Below, one piece after another: positions 26,240 through 36,162 of a stretch of 64,000 nucleotides of DNA. The stretch is from Methanobrevibacter sp. (GTDB lineage Archaea; Methanobacteriota; Methanobacteria; Methanobacteriales; Methanobacteriaceae), in NCBI RefSeq assembly GCF_045112895.1, contig NZ_JBGUIH010000002.1:2909-66908 (forward strand). The letters run 5' to 3'. The notes beneath the pieces are model-generated. The model did not search any database and was not told the origin of the DNA. It worked only from the letters and a program-made list of their open reading frames with translations. Both the position numbers and the translations under genes were made by a program. The first letter of the stretch is position 1; every line of letters begins with the position of its first letter.

Positions 26240-27346
26240 CTATAAATTTGACTCCTTAAGTCCTGAACCTAGTAAGATATCTTTTGCGTCATCATCACTT
26301 AAATCAATGTGATAGAACTCGCTGTAGAACTCTTTTGTAGCATCAACCATATCAATATCCTTATAGTCTTCCGGATAAATTACCTTTGCGGTCCATGGAA
26401 CACCAATAATCATGTTTGCACCAACCGGCCTATCAAACCATTTGAATGGAGACTGTGGTGAAACATAAACTTCCTTATTCTGAACTGCCTTGATATGAGC
26501 CCAATTTGAGTTATTGTAAACATTATCATAGAAATTCTGATTGTTGGTGATAATGATATCCGGATTCCACTTGATTATCTGCTCAATTGACACTTGTACA
26601 CCGCTTGTTGTATTTCCCTGATTTAGGGAATCCGCTACATTTTTTCCGCCAATCAAATCAATCAACTGGCCATGGGTTGAATGGGAAGGACTTGTCTGTA
26701 GCCCATCATCACCGTATGCATAATAAACAGTCTTCCTATCGCCATCAGATAGCTTAGATGATCTGTCATGAACAATGTCCAAGTATTTATTATTGAAGTC
26801 ATTAAGCTGATTGGCCTTATCCTCAGCACCAACTACCTTGCCTATAAATGAAATGGATTCACCTACCTTTTCAACATTTGTTGTGTCTTTAACTGCAATT
26901 ACAGGTATTGTGCCGAACTTTTCTTGACGTTCATCGACTGTTGAGAGATCGCCATCCCCTCCTTCATCAATGGATTCAATTACAACATCAGGTTCTGCAG
27001 CTATAAATTCCTCATAACTACCATCTTGAGTTCCATACCAACCACCGACAACAGGATAATTTGCATATTGGCCTGGAACATATTTTAACTCGCCTTCTGT
27101 CCATTGGAAGTTAACTGCTTTTAATTTATCGGGAGCAATCATATACAGCACAGTAGTCATTGGCGGAGAGGTTGCCACAACATTATCAACTTCTGACGGA
27201 ATTTCCACACTCCTATTAATCATATCAGTTACATTTTCATGATTGCCACTCTTAACGCTTGAAGGAGTCAAGAACAAGTGAGTGGCCAAACCCAAACAAA
27301 CCAATAGAATCAATATTAAAATAATTACTTTAACTTTCTTTTCCAT
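26240..27346 (-). CDS. ABC transporter substrate-binding protein (Peripla_BP_2, iron-chelate/cobalamin type), N-terminally anchored
   Basis: 368 aa with an N-terminal TM/signal. Position and size fit the binding component of the FecCD/FepC operon. Confidence 0.75.
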   Translation of the reverse strand: MEKKVKVIILILILLVCLGLATHLFLTPSSVKSGNHENVTDMINRSVEIPSEVDNVVATSPPMTTVLYMIAPDKLKAVNFQWTEGELKYVPGQYANYPVVGGWYGTQDGSYEEFIAAEPDVVIESIDEGGDGDLSTVDERQEKFGTIPVIAVKDTTNVEKVGESISFIGKVVGAEDKANQLNDFNNKYLDIVHDRSSKLSDGDRKTVYYAYGDDGLQTSPSHSTHGQLIDLIGGKNVADSLNQGNTTSGVQVSIEQIIKWNPDIIITNNQNFYDNVYNNSNWAHIKAVQNKEVYVSPQSPFKWFDRPVGANMIIGVPWTAKVIYPEDYKDIDMVDATKEFYSEFYHIDLSDDDAKDILLGSGLKESNL

Positions 27347-27624
27347 TTAAATCCCCAAATAAAATAACATTCGATAGGAATATATATTCATTAAGTTATT
27401 TAAATAACTTTTCAAAAAAAATATATCCATATTAAACTAATTAATATGATTTATTTATAGTTTTAAAATAATATAATTCTTAATATCGAAATTTAAATTA
27501 TTTATTGACTAATAATTTAAGAATAAAATAAATATTTACGTTATTATAATATTTACCATTGAATGAAAAAAAATAAAAACATAGAAATATTAAATCAATT
27601 TAATATAAAACCAGAGGTGTAAAA

Positions 27625-28032
27625 ATGTCAGATATACAAAAAGTAGACGAACTTTTAACAAAAGCACAAGTATTTTACCTTGCAACAGTAAATGAAGACA
27701 AACCAAAAGTAAGGCCTTTAGGTTTCCACTTATTATTCGAAGACAAAATCTATTTCGGAGTAGGAAAACATAAAGACGTTTACAAACAAATGGAAGCCAA
27801 TCCAAATGTGGAAATAGCTGCATGGGACGGAGAACACTTTTTAAGATACTACGGAACAGCCGACTTATCCGGAAATGATGCGGTTGTTGAAAAAGCATTT
27901 GAATTGATGCCTGAAATAGCTGAAGCATACAAAGCCAACAACTGGGAAATGGGAGTATTCTTCCTCAACGATGCAACCGCCGAATTCAGAAACATGTTCG
28001 CAATTGAAGAATCCTATGAATTCAAATATTAA
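27625..28032 (+). CDS. pyridoxamine 5'-phosphate oxidase-family flavoprotein
   Basis: 135 aa with GAGGTG SD. FYLATVNEDKPKVRPLG...NPNVEI pattern of the PNPOx-like split barrel. Confidence 0.75.
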   Translation: MSDIQKVDELLTKAQVFYLATVNEDKPKVRPLGFHLLFEDKIYFGVGKHKDVYKQMEANPNVEIAAWDGEHFLRYYGTADLSGNDAVVEKAFELMPEIAEAYKANNWEMGVFFLNDATAEFRNMFAIEESYEFKY

Positions 28033-28059
28033 TGTTAAAAAACATTAATATTCCTTTTT

Positions 28060-28779
28060 TTATTCGCAGATTTCATTAACTATCGCCAATGCATTTAATG
28101 TCCTTGGAAAACCAATATAAGGCATTATTACAGTAATTGCTGAGACTAATTTCTCCTTTTCATTGCCAACACTTAGGTTACCCTGGGTATGGCCTCTGAG
28201 CTGATTTTCACATCCTCCCAAGGATGCAATGAAAACAAATGTAATCAATTCCCTTTGCTGATCATCCAAACCATCGCGAGTGTAGAAATCACCAAAACAA
28301 AATCCTTCTAAGAATCTGTTGAAGTGCTGTTGACCATCCGGAGTGTTGTCATTCATCATCTGAATCATTTCAGCTCCAAAATACCTGTCCTGAAGTTCGC
28401 GGCCTTTTTTGTGCCTATTTTGAGGATTTGTATTTGATTGCGGCACTAAGGGATAATCGATTCCTTTCTTATCAAAGACCTTAGTTACGACGCCAAAGAA
28501 GTTGTGGGCTCTTGCAAAGCCAACATAAGGAACGGACTGGTACAATAATTCCTTTACCTCTATTGGAGAGATATCTTTATCTAAAGCAGATCTTAAAATC
28601 TTTTTAAATGCTTTTGGTGATTGGCATGCAATCAAACAAGCCAAAGTCACCAGAATGGATTCCTTTTCTGTCAATGTTGAATATTCAAAGACTTCGCCAT
28701 AAGCAAAATTCTTAAAAATTTCATAAAATTCAGGGTCATTCTTTTCAAATTTATTAAAATACTTGAATAGGTCATTCAT
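28060..28779 (-). CDS. carboxymuconolactone decarboxylase (AhpD-like) family protein
   Basis: 239 aa with two CMD-like helical halves (LTEKESILVTLACLIACQS; RELITFVFIASLGGCENQLRGH). Confidence 0.75.
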   Translation of the reverse strand: MNDLFKYFNKFEKNDPEFYEIFKNFAYGEVFEYSTLTEKESILVTLACLIACQSPKAFKKILRSALDKDISPIEVKELLYQSVPYVGFARAHNFFGVVTKVFDKKGIDYPLVPQSNTNPQNRHKKGRELQDRYFGAEMIQMMNDNTPDGQQHFNRFLEGFCFGDFYTRDGLDDQQRELITFVFIASLGGCENQLRGHTQGNLSVGNEKEKLVSAITVIMPYIGFPRTLNALAIVNEICE

Positions 28780-28807
28780 GAAGATAGTTTAAAAAGGAAA
28801 GTTAATA

Positions 28808-29989
28808 TTATTTTCTAATCTTCAAAGCATACAGGCAAATCGGCAATGCCAATATTGTAATTATTGATGATATGAAATACAAAGGAGCATATCCTGTGCT
28901 GGCGGATACAAAGCAGCCCAACAATGCCGGTCCGAAGCCCATTGTCGCATCACAGAATATGAAAAATGTTGAAAGCGCATAGGAACGGCGCTCTTGAGTG
29001 GAGTTTCTTGTAATTATAGTGGTGCATGCAGAGTTGAGTGTACCGAATCCCAATGCGGTGCCCAATGCACATAAGACAACAGTGACAGTAGATGGAATCA
29101 AAGCAATCAGCAGAAGCCCAATGCTTTGCGCTACAATGCCCACTACACAGACAATCAAATCTCCTCCCCTGTCCTGGATTTTACCTGCAACAGGCCTTGA
29201 TAAAACCAGAATAACCGAATAGATTATGAAAAACCATGAAAAGATGCCAGTTAAATTGACTTCAACTGCATAAAGCCTGTAAAAGGATAGAATTGAAACA
29301 TAACCCAGACTTGTAAGGGCTGTGAATAATGAAACTGGAATGGCCTTAAACTCTAAAACCCTTTCAATGCCAGAATAGGTGATTCTTTTAGTATCAGATG
29401 AATCGTTTACCGGGTCATGGTGGCTTACATCAATGAAATACATGCAAATCAATGCGATAGCTGAAAATATGCTGGCTAATAAAAAACAGCCCGCCGAACC
29501 TGCAGCATCATATGCAAAACCACCAATGTAAGGGCCTAAACCAACGGCCAATGTAGTTCCAAGCATAAAGTACCCGAACGCTTCTCCAAAACGCTTTTGA
29601 GGAAGAATTGCAGAAGCAATAGTTACGATTGCATTTGCTGAGGCTCCAAAGCCGATTCCATGAATGAATCTGATGATAATCAATGTTGTAACGTCATTTA
29701 CCAAGAAGTATAAAAGACAGACTAAAAAATGAATGCTCATGAAAATCAATGCAATCCTTTTCCAGCCAACCCTTTCAAGAGCATCCCCCGAATAGACTCT
29801 TGAACAAAGCCCTCCAAAGACATATATTCCAGATACAAGCCCTGCAATAGTGGCAGTTGAGCCCATAGATGTAGCATACTCAGTTACGGTAGACATGAGC
29901 GCGTACATAACTAGTGCCGTGAACAATAATGCTCCAAAAATTAGGAAAAAGGATTTTGTAAAAATTTTTTCAGATTCATTTGATGTCAT
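28808..29989 (-). CDS. MFS transporter
   Basis: 393 aa with about 12 TM segments. MFS loop motif GDALERVGWKR between TM2 and TM3. Confidence 0.85.
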   Translation of the reverse strand: MTSNESEKIFTKSFFLIFGALLFTALVMYALMSTVTEYATSMGSTATIAGLVSGIYVFGGLCSRVYSGDALERVGWKRIALIFMSIHFLVCLLYFLVNDVTTLIIIRFIHGIGFGASANAIVTIASAILPQKRFGEAFGYFMLGTTLAVGLGPYIGGFAYDAAGSAGCFLLASIFSAIALICMYFIDVSHHDPVNDSSDTKRITYSGIERVLEFKAIPVSLFTALTSLGYVSILSFYRLYAVEVNLTGIFSWFFIIYSVILVLSRPVAGKIQDRGGDLIVCVVGIVAQSIGLLLIALIPSTVTVVLCALGTALGFGTLNSACTTIITRNSTQERRSYALSTFFIFCDATMGFGPALLGCFVSASTGYAPLYFISSIITILALPICLYALKIRK

Positions 29990-30081
29990 TGATTAAAAAT
30001 TTTTACTTTGATTTATATAAATTTTATATTTTCAAATTTGATTTTAAAAAAAAAGAAAAGAAGAAAAAAATAATATTTTTC

Positions 30082-30297
30082 TTATGCTGCCATTTCGTGT
30101 GCGTCATATGCTGCATAAATGGCATAAAGTAGATTTAAAATATAAACGAGCCAATCCTTAAAGATTAATGATGCAATTATAGCAATTACAATAGCAATCA
30201 CGAAAAATATTATACCTTTTTTAATATCACCAGCAACAGCTTGACCTAATCCAGGTATGATAAAGGATAATACAGCAGGGATTAAAGGGTGTACCAT
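30082..30297 (-). CDS. small two-TM membrane protein
   Basis: 71 aa with an IIPGLGQAVAG motif and two hydrophobic helices. Separate transcription unit: a terminator hairpin lies upstream. Confidence 0.5.
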   Translation of the reverse strand: MVHPLIPAVLSFIIPGLGQAVAGDIKKGIIFFVIAIVIAIIASLIFKDWLVYILNLLYAIYAAYDAHEMAA

Positions 30298-30371
30298 AAT
30301 CTTACCTCCATTTAACTAGTTATTATTAATATTGGCAGATAGTATTAATAAACTTTTCAGTTGATAACCTA

Positions 30372-30407
30372 TTCAAAAAAATATAAAAAGAAGTTGAAAA
30401 ACTTCTA
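30372..30407 (-). terminator. hairpin + oligo-T terminator after the YhgE/Pip gene
   Basis: Coding-strand read: TAGAAGTTTTTCAACTTCTTTTTATATTTTTTTG. It has a 7-bp stem AGAAGTT/AACTTCT starting in the stop codon, followed by T runs. Confidence 0.6.
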
Positions 30408-32243
30408 AAATAGTCCACTTTCCTCTAAACATTCTTCAAAGTAATGTGCAGTATGGTCCGCCTTTTCCTTAACGATAATGGCAACAATGACAGTTAAGAT
30501 TCCCATAGCCAAAAGAATCACCAATGCAGGTAGGTAATTGGACCAAACCAAACCTAATTGCGCTTCGCGTATCAGAGTAATCGCATAAGTCATCGGCAGG
30601 TACGGATTAAGCACCCTGAAAATCGGATCCATAATTTGAACGGGATAAATTCCACCGGTTCCGGATATCTGAATTACCAGAAGAACAATTGCAATCGCCT
30701 TTCCGACATTTCCCAATGCGGAAGCCAATGAATATATGAATACCATAAACACTACAGAGACTATCAGCGCCGAAAGTATGAATAACGGCACATTATCGAC
30801 ATATATTCCTAAAATAAAGGCACCTATTAATGTAACGCCAACTTGAAGAATGCTCAACACTACAAATAAAGCCAATTTGCCGAAATACATTTCAAGCGGA
30901 GAATATTTGGTTCCTTTGCTGATTCCAGTTTTCAGCATTGCGCATGAAATCAGAGCACCGACCCACATGGACAATACCAGATAGAATGGAGCGACCTGGG
31001 ATCCGTAATTCGGAACCGGGAATAGCTCATGTTTATCTAATTTTACAGGTGCCAAGAAATAATCTCCAAGTATTGTTTCATTGATGCCTGTGATGCCTGA
31101 AAGTGAATTGGCAGATGACCCTAAGGCGGCTGCTGCTGAATATAGTGCCTGTGATGCTGAATTTCCAAGCAATTGTGCGCCTGCTGCGAGACTTAACGAA
31201 CCTTCCGCAAGGTCAACTGACCCGCTAGCCAAATCACTTGCACCTTTTGCAACATCACTGGAACCGTTTGCAAGCCTTGATGAACCTTCCGCAAGGTCAA
31301 CTGAACCGTCGGCCAATTCACTGGAGCCTTTAGCTACTTCACCACTGGCATTTGCAAGTTTAATATTCCCTTCCGCATAATCTTTCATAGGTCCTTCAGG
31401 CATTGTAGACGGGTCAATTGCTGATTGTAACTGTTTTGAACCCTGTTCGACTTCACTTGCACTTTGCTTTACAACGGATGAGCCCTGTTTTATTTGGCTT
31501 GCACCATCATTGACATCTGATGCTCCTTCTTGCACTTGACTAGCGCCTTCCTGAACTTGACTTGCTCCGTCCTTAACCTGGCTTGCGCCTGAAGATACCT
31601 GGCCTGCACCTGAAGATATCTGTGCCGAACCCGCCTGAATCTGGCTTCCGCCACTAGCAAGTTGGCTTGCACCTGAAGAGAGACCTTCCTGCAATTCACC
31701 AAGCTTTCCATAAGCTGCAATATTTATAATTTCAACAATTTTTGCATTTAAAGAGGTATAAACTGAATTTGCAGCGGAATCAGTTAATTTAGCTGCAACC
31801 GGATTTGCCTTAACATTTACGATATACTCCAGTTTCGCTTGTTTAGGGTCATCGCCCATAATTGAAACGACATTTTCACTCAGATTCTTGGGCAGTATAA
31901 TGCCCGCATAATACTCGCCGCTATAAACACCGTCCCGCAGTTCGTCTTCCGTTACAAATGTCCAATCAAATTTATCATTCTTCTTAAGTTCTTTGGCCAA
32001 TTCATTTCCAATGTTTAACTGATTGCCCTCAAAATCTGTTCCATTATCCAAATTGGCAATGGCAAAATCCAAATCGTCTGTTTTTTCATAAGGATCCCAA
32101 CATGCCTGAATATTTATAAGTGCATAAAGCGAAGGCACGATAATTATCCCAATCAAAACAAGCGATACGATAGGATTTGAAAATGCTGACTTAAAATCAT
32201 CTCTAATAATTTCTATAATATTTCCAATATCTCTTCCGCTCAT
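30405..32243 (-). CDS. YhgE/Pip-domain membrane protein (ABC-2-like C-terminal membrane domain)
   Basis: 612 aa. N-terminal TM, a large extracytoplasmic region with degenerate G-A/S-S-Q/D-V/L repeats, and a C-terminal 5-TM ABC-2-type block. Confidence 0.8.
   Translation of the reverse strand: MSGRDIGNIIEIIRDDFKSAFSNPIVSLVLIGIIIVPSLYALINIQACWDPYEKTDDLDFAIANLDNGTDFEGNQLNIGNELAKELKKNDKFDWTFVTEDELRDGVYSGEYYAGIILPKNLSENVVSIMGDDPKQAKLEYIVNVKANPVAAKLTDSAANSVYTSLNAKIVEIINIAAYGKLGELQEGLSSGASQLASGGSQIQAGSAQISSGAGQVSSGASQVKDGASQVQEGASQVQEGASDVNDGASQIKQGSSVVKQSASEVEQGSKQLQSAIDPSTMPEGPMKDYAEGNIKLANASGEVAKGSSELADGSVDLAEGSSRLANGSSDVAKGASDLASGSVDLAEGSLSLAAGAQLLGNSASQALYSAAAALGSSANSLSGITGINETILGDYFLAPVKLDKHELFPVPNYGSQVAPFYLVLSMWVGALISCAMLKTGISKGTKYSPLEMYFGKLALFVVLSILQVGVTLIGAFILGIYVDNVPLFILSALIVSVVFMVFIYSLASALGNVGKAIAIVLLVIQISGTGGIYPVQIMDPIFRVLNPYLPMTYAITLIREAQLGLVWSNYLPALVILLAMGILTVIVAIIVKEKADHTAHYFEECLEESGLF
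31164..31688 (-). repeat. degenerate in-frame peptide repeats (SGASQV / GSxDLA heptad-like units) inside the YhgE/Pip gene
   Basis: Protein residues about 186-360: GASQLASGGSQIQAGSAQISSGAGQVSSGASQVKDGASQVQEGASQVQEGASDVNDGASQI..., then ADGSVDLAEGSSRLANGSSDVAKGASDLASGSVDLAEGS. This is the locally GC-richest stretch of the window. Confidence 0.75.
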
Positions 32244-32361
32244 TTAATACCCCTTTTTAAAAAACAATTGTTTAATTCTACTTTAATATTTGTAATTTAA
32301 TTATTATAAAAATTATGTTACATAAATCTAATTTATTAGTAATTTAAAAAGAGAATATTAA

Positions 32362-32404
32362 GCTTTAAAAAAAAGAAAAAAATAAGGAGACCTAATCTCC
32401 CTTA
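32362..32404 (-). terminator. hairpin + oligo-T terminator of the symporter operon
   Basis: Imperfect stem TAAGGAGA/TCTCCCTTA at 32383..32404 spans the small-ORF stop. The coding strand continues with ATTTTTTTCTTTTTTTT. Confidence 0.5.
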
Positions 32405-32505
32405 TTCCAATTTATAATACCATAAACAACACATAAAAGTGTAGATAAGATAATTCCGAGATAGACTCCCCAAATCCAAGGGTCTTCAATTCCTAAAATC
32501 ATCAT
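32392..32505 (-). CDS. 37-aa symporter small accessory-type membrane peptide
   Basis: Below the track cut-off. Own translation: MMILGIEDPWIWGVYLGIILSTLLCVVYGIINWNKGD. Its ATG overlaps the symporter stop by 1 nt (TAATG). Resembles the small accessory peptides annotated next to SSS transporters. Confidence 0.55.
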   Translation of the reverse strand: MMILGIEDPWIWGVYLGIILSTLLCVVYGIINWNKGD

Positions 32506-34115
32506 TATGCATCACTTCCTTTAGTGTCTATATTTTCAAATGACTTATCGATAACCTCTTGGGCAGGAGGTTTTGTAAGCAGACTCACAACAATAGTGAA
32601 TATTGCAGAAATCGGAACGGCAATCAACATCACATCAATGAACGGCCATGGTGCTGCTGGGATTAATGTCTCTACACCACAAATGAATTGGCATAAACCA
32701 AGTCCTACTGCAGTTTTCTTGAATACGAACACCATCCAGAAAAGACTTGTCAATGTTCCGGACAATATTCCCGCAATAGCTCCAAGTCTTGTAATTCCTT
32801 TCCAGTAAAGGGCTCCTAAGAACACCGGCAGGAAAGCCGCAGCACAGATTTCAAAGAATAGGCTTGTTCCGAGTGCAACCACACTTCCAGGAAGTGAATA
32901 TGCCATCACTAATGCCAGGATAATAGCTATTAGAATACCGACTCTTGAAATGCTTACCTGATCCAGTTTCTGTTTGGACTTATCCCTTATTTGTCCATAA
33001 ATATCCACACCGAATGCAGTTCCTTGAGTGTGCAATTGTGAAGATATTGTTGACATTGCCGCTGCAATCAATGATAACAGGAAGATGTAGACAAACCATT
33101 CAGGCAGCGCCATTGTGATGAATGTCGGAATGACCTTATCAATGTTTCCGCCGACCACATCCACAGCAATTTTGCCTAATGTATCATAGAAATATACGTT
33201 TGAAAGTGATCCTACGATATATGCGGTGGTAGGCATGATTGCGATGAAAATACCTCCAATCAAGACAGACCTGTTCAATTCCTTATCTGATTTGACTGTC
33301 ATGAATCTCACAATCAATGAAGGTTGGGCGAGTACCCCAATACCCACACCGATAAGTGTTGAAGATACTAAAGACCACCAGAATGGAGTTCCGAACTCTG
33401 GGAATGCCGTCCAGCCCGTACCTCCTGTTGCCAGAGCATCTGCAGGATATAAATTAACCATATTGGTCAGTGCAGTGTTTGCGGTATCCACTCCTCCAAG
33501 TATCCAATATACAAATACAAGCAAGAATATCATTGCCACAACCATGATGGTTCCTTGGAGCGCATCAGTATACATTACACCACGAATACCACCGAACAAT
33601 ACATAAAATGTAATGATGATTGATAAGATGAGTAATGCAATACTGAAATCAATCAGCAATGATGATTCCAAAAATCTTGCAGCTCCAATCAATACTACAG
33701 CTGCATAAAGTGGCATTGCACAGAAAATAATCAATCCTGAGAAATAATGAATAAATTTACTGTCAAAACGTTTACCTAAAAACTCAGGGAATGTCAAAGA
33801 GCCTAAAGAGTGACCCATCCTACGAGTTCTTTTACCTAAAAATACGAATGCGATGAATACCCCAATAATAATGTTCAAGAATGCTAACCATAAAACACTC
33901 ATACCATATTCACTGGCAACTCCTCCAAAACCAACGATAGCTGCTGTCGAAATAAATGTGGCCCCATAACTCATTGCCATAATAAATGGGTGTGTGTCCT
34001 TACCAGCAATCATAAAGTCTTCAGAGGAATTAGTTTTTTTGTATGCATAATAACCTACAAAAACAAGTGCGAATATGTAGATTATAAATACAATTGCTAA
34101 AATCATTACGTTCAT
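32505..34115 (-). CDS. sodium:solute symporter (SSS) family transporter
   Basis: 536 aa with about 13-14 TM segments. N-terminal YYAYKKTNSSEDFMIAGKDTHPFIMAMSYGATFIS is typical of the SSS family (PutP/PanF-like). Confidence 0.9.
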   Translation of the reverse strand: MNVMILAIVFIIYIFALVFVGYYAYKKTNSSEDFMIAGKDTHPFIMAMSYGATFISTAAIVGFGGVASEYGMSVLWLAFLNIIIGVFIAFVFLGKRTRRMGHSLGSLTFPEFLGKRFDSKFIHYFSGLIIFCAMPLYAAVVLIGAARFLESSLLIDFSIALLILSIIITFYVLFGGIRGVMYTDALQGTIMVVAMIFLLVFVYWILGGVDTANTALTNMVNLYPADALATGGTGWTAFPEFGTPFWWSLVSSTLIGVGIGVLAQPSLIVRFMTVKSDKELNRSVLIGGIFIAIMPTTAYIVGSLSNVYFYDTLGKIAVDVVGGNIDKVIPTFITMALPEWFVYIFLLSLIAAAMSTISSQLHTQGTAFGVDIYGQIRDKSKQKLDQVSISRVGILIAIILALVMAYSLPGSVVALGTSLFFEICAAAFLPVFLGALYWKGITRLGAIAGILSGTLTSLFWMVFVFKKTAVGLGLCQFICGVETLIPAAPWPFIDVMLIAVPISAIFTIVVSLLTKPPAQEVIDKSFENIDTKGSDA

Positions 34116-34353
34116 AAATAATTACCTCTAATAAATATAACAGAATTATACAATCAATATATATAGTATAAATACATATATAAATATTAGCATAAAGATA
34201 CATTGATGTACATTTTTGTACAACAACACCATTTAAATGCTATTTTGCGATTATTTGTACATTATAATAATAATATTAAAATAAAATTGCATAATTATAT
34301 ATAAATCAAATTCAAAATTTAAACATGTTTATAAAAATTGAAATAGGGATAAT

Positions 34354-35655
34354 ATGTTTTGGGATGAAAAAGCCGAATGTATGAGCAGAGAAGAGAAAGA
34401 AGAATTGCAACTTAAAAGGCTGCAAGAAACTGTAAAATTGGCATATGAAAATGTTGAATTTTACAAAAAAAGATTTGATGAAATTGGTCTAAAGCCAGAA
34501 GACATTGAAACTCTGGAAGATATCGAAAAAATACCATTTACAACAAAAAGCGATTTGAGAGAAGCATATCCTTTGGGTTTGCTTGCAGTTCCTCGTGAAG
34601 AGATTGTAGAAGTCCATGCATCATCCGGAACAACCGGAAAACCAACCGTAACTGCATACACCCAAAATGATTTGGACATTTGGGGAGAATGTATTGCACG
34701 TGGGCTTAAAATGGCTGGTGCAGAAAAAGAATACATCATTCAAAATGCATATGGATACGGATTATTTACCGGAGGATTCGGAATTCACCATGGCGGAAAT
34801 CGAATGGGCGCAATTACAATTCCCATTTCTGCAGGAAACACTCAAAGGCAACTTGATACAATGGTGGATTTCCAAAGTGATATCTTAACATGCACCCCAT
34901 CCTATGCAATGTATCTCGGAGAATCAAGAGAAAAGGCAGGAATTTCCCTTGATGACATCAATTTGAAAATCGGTATCCACGGTGCCGAAATGTGGACCGA
35001 TGAGATGAGAAAAAGAATTGAAGCATCCCTTGGAATAAAAACCCACAACATCTACGGATTAACTGAAGTTATGGGTCCAGGTGTTGCTCAGGAATGCGAT
35101 GAGCAAAACGGAATGCACATTCAAGACGATCATTTCTACCCTGAAATCATCAACCCCGAAACTGGAGAAACCATCGGATATGGTAAAAAAGGAGAGCTTG
35201 TCCTAACATCCCTTACCAAAACTGGAATGCCTATCCTAAGATTCAGAACAAAAGACCTGACTTCTTTAATAGAAGAAAAATGTGAATGCGGAAGAACAAC
35301 AGTGAGAATGACTAGAATCACAGGTAGAAGCGACGATATGTTGAAAATCAAAGGTGTTATGGTATTCCCATCACAAATCGAAAAGGCATTGCTTAAGATT
35401 AAAGGTATCAGCCCTAATTACATGATTCATGTAACAAGACCAGATATTCTGGATGAAGTGGAAGTTAAAGTGGAGGCTTCAAAAGACTTGTTTTTCGATG
35501 AAATGAAAGAAATGGAAAAAGTGGAAAAACAGATTCAATCATCCATCAGGTCAGAAACCGGCCTTAGAGTGGATGTGACAATCTGTGAACCTGAAACACT
35601 TCCAAGAAGTGAAGGAAAGGCTGTTCGTGTAATTGATGAAAGGAATTTTGACTAG
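34354..35655 (+). CDS. phenylacetate--CoA ligase family protein (PaaK / F390-synthetase-like)
   Basis: 433 aa. [27 protein letters not shown] start and AMP-binding motif [10 protein letters not shown]. Confidence 0.9.
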   Translation: MFWDEKAECMSREEKEELQLKRLQETVKLAYENVEFYKKRFDEIGLKPEDIETLEDIEKIPFTTKSDLREAYPLGLLAVPREEIVEVHASSGTTGKPTVTAYTQNDLDIWGECIARGLKMAGAEKEYIIQNAYGYGLFTGGFGIHHGGNRMGAITIPISAGNTQRQLDTMVDFQSDILTCTPSYAMYLGESREKAGISLDDINLKIGIHGAEMWTDEMRKRIEASLGIKTHNIYGLTEVMGPGVAQECDEQNGMHIQDDHFYPEIINPETGETIGYGKKGELVLTSLTKTGMPILRFRTKDLTSLIEEKCECGRTTVRMTRITGRSDDMLKIKGVMVFPSQIEKALLKIKGISPNYMIHVTRPDILDEVEVKVEASKDLFFDEMKEMEKVEKQIQSSIRSETGLRVDVTICEPETLPRSEGKAVRVIDERNFD

Positions 35656-35663
35656 GTGATAAA

Positions 35664-36095
35664 ATGGCAGTGAAACAAATTTCAATTTTCGTAGAAAACA
35701 AAGAAGGAAGGATTAAAAAAGCTATTGATACATTAGGAAGGTCAAACATTAACATTCGCGCACTTTCAATAGCTGACACTAGCAAATATGGAATTTTAAG
35801 ATTAATCGTTTCTGATAATGAAAAGGCAATAGAGGCATTGGAAAATGATGGTTTTATTGTAAAGGAAAATGAGGTCATTATTTTAGCAGTTCCAGATGAA
35901 CCTAATGGATTAAATTCTACACTAGCTGTATTCGATGAAAAAGGAATTAACTTAGAATACCTATATGCTTTTGTAAGCAGCAAAACCGATGAGGCTATTG
36001 TGGTTATGAGATTGGAAAATATGGAAAATGCTATTGAAGCACTTGAAAATAGCAATGTTAAAATATTAGATGAGAACGATATTAAAGAAATATAG
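35664..36095 (+). CDS. ACT-domain protein (tandem ACT)
   Basis: 143 aa. QISIFVENKEGRIKKAIDTLGRSNINIRALS is the ACT pattern. Follows the paaK-like gene after 8 nt. Confidence 0.85.
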   Translation: MAVKQISIFVENKEGRIKKAIDTLGRSNINIRALSIADTSKYGILRLIVSDNEKAIEALENDGFIVKENEVIILAVPDEPNGLNSTLAVFDEKGINLEYLYAFVSSKTDEAIVVMRLENMENAIEALENSNVKILDENDIKEI

Positions 36096-36140
36096 AAAAG
36101 ATTTGAATCTTTTCTACAATTTATTTTTATTTTTTATTTC
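36095..36140 (+). terminator. hairpin + oligo-T terminator after the paaK-ACT operon
   Basis: Perfect 9-bp inverted repeat GAAAAGATT-TG-AATCTTTTC at 36095..36114 begins in the stop codon. It is followed by TTATTTTTATTTTTTATTT. Confidence 0.6.
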
Positions 36141-36162
36141 AATTAATTTTTCCAAGGAAACA

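Noticed and set aside
27347-27624. Cobalamin or other riboswitch upstream of the FecCD-type importer operon
   Set aside because: The 278-nt leader and promoter region is almost pure A/T, with no conserved GC-paired helices or B12-box-like element. Cobalamin riboswitches are also not established in Archaea.
27590-27928. 112-aa minus-strand ORF overlapping the PNPOx-family gene
   Set aside because: It is a shadow ORF antisense to a well-supported CDS. It has a leucine/phenylalanine-rich low-complexity translation typical of AT-rich antisense frames, and no SD.
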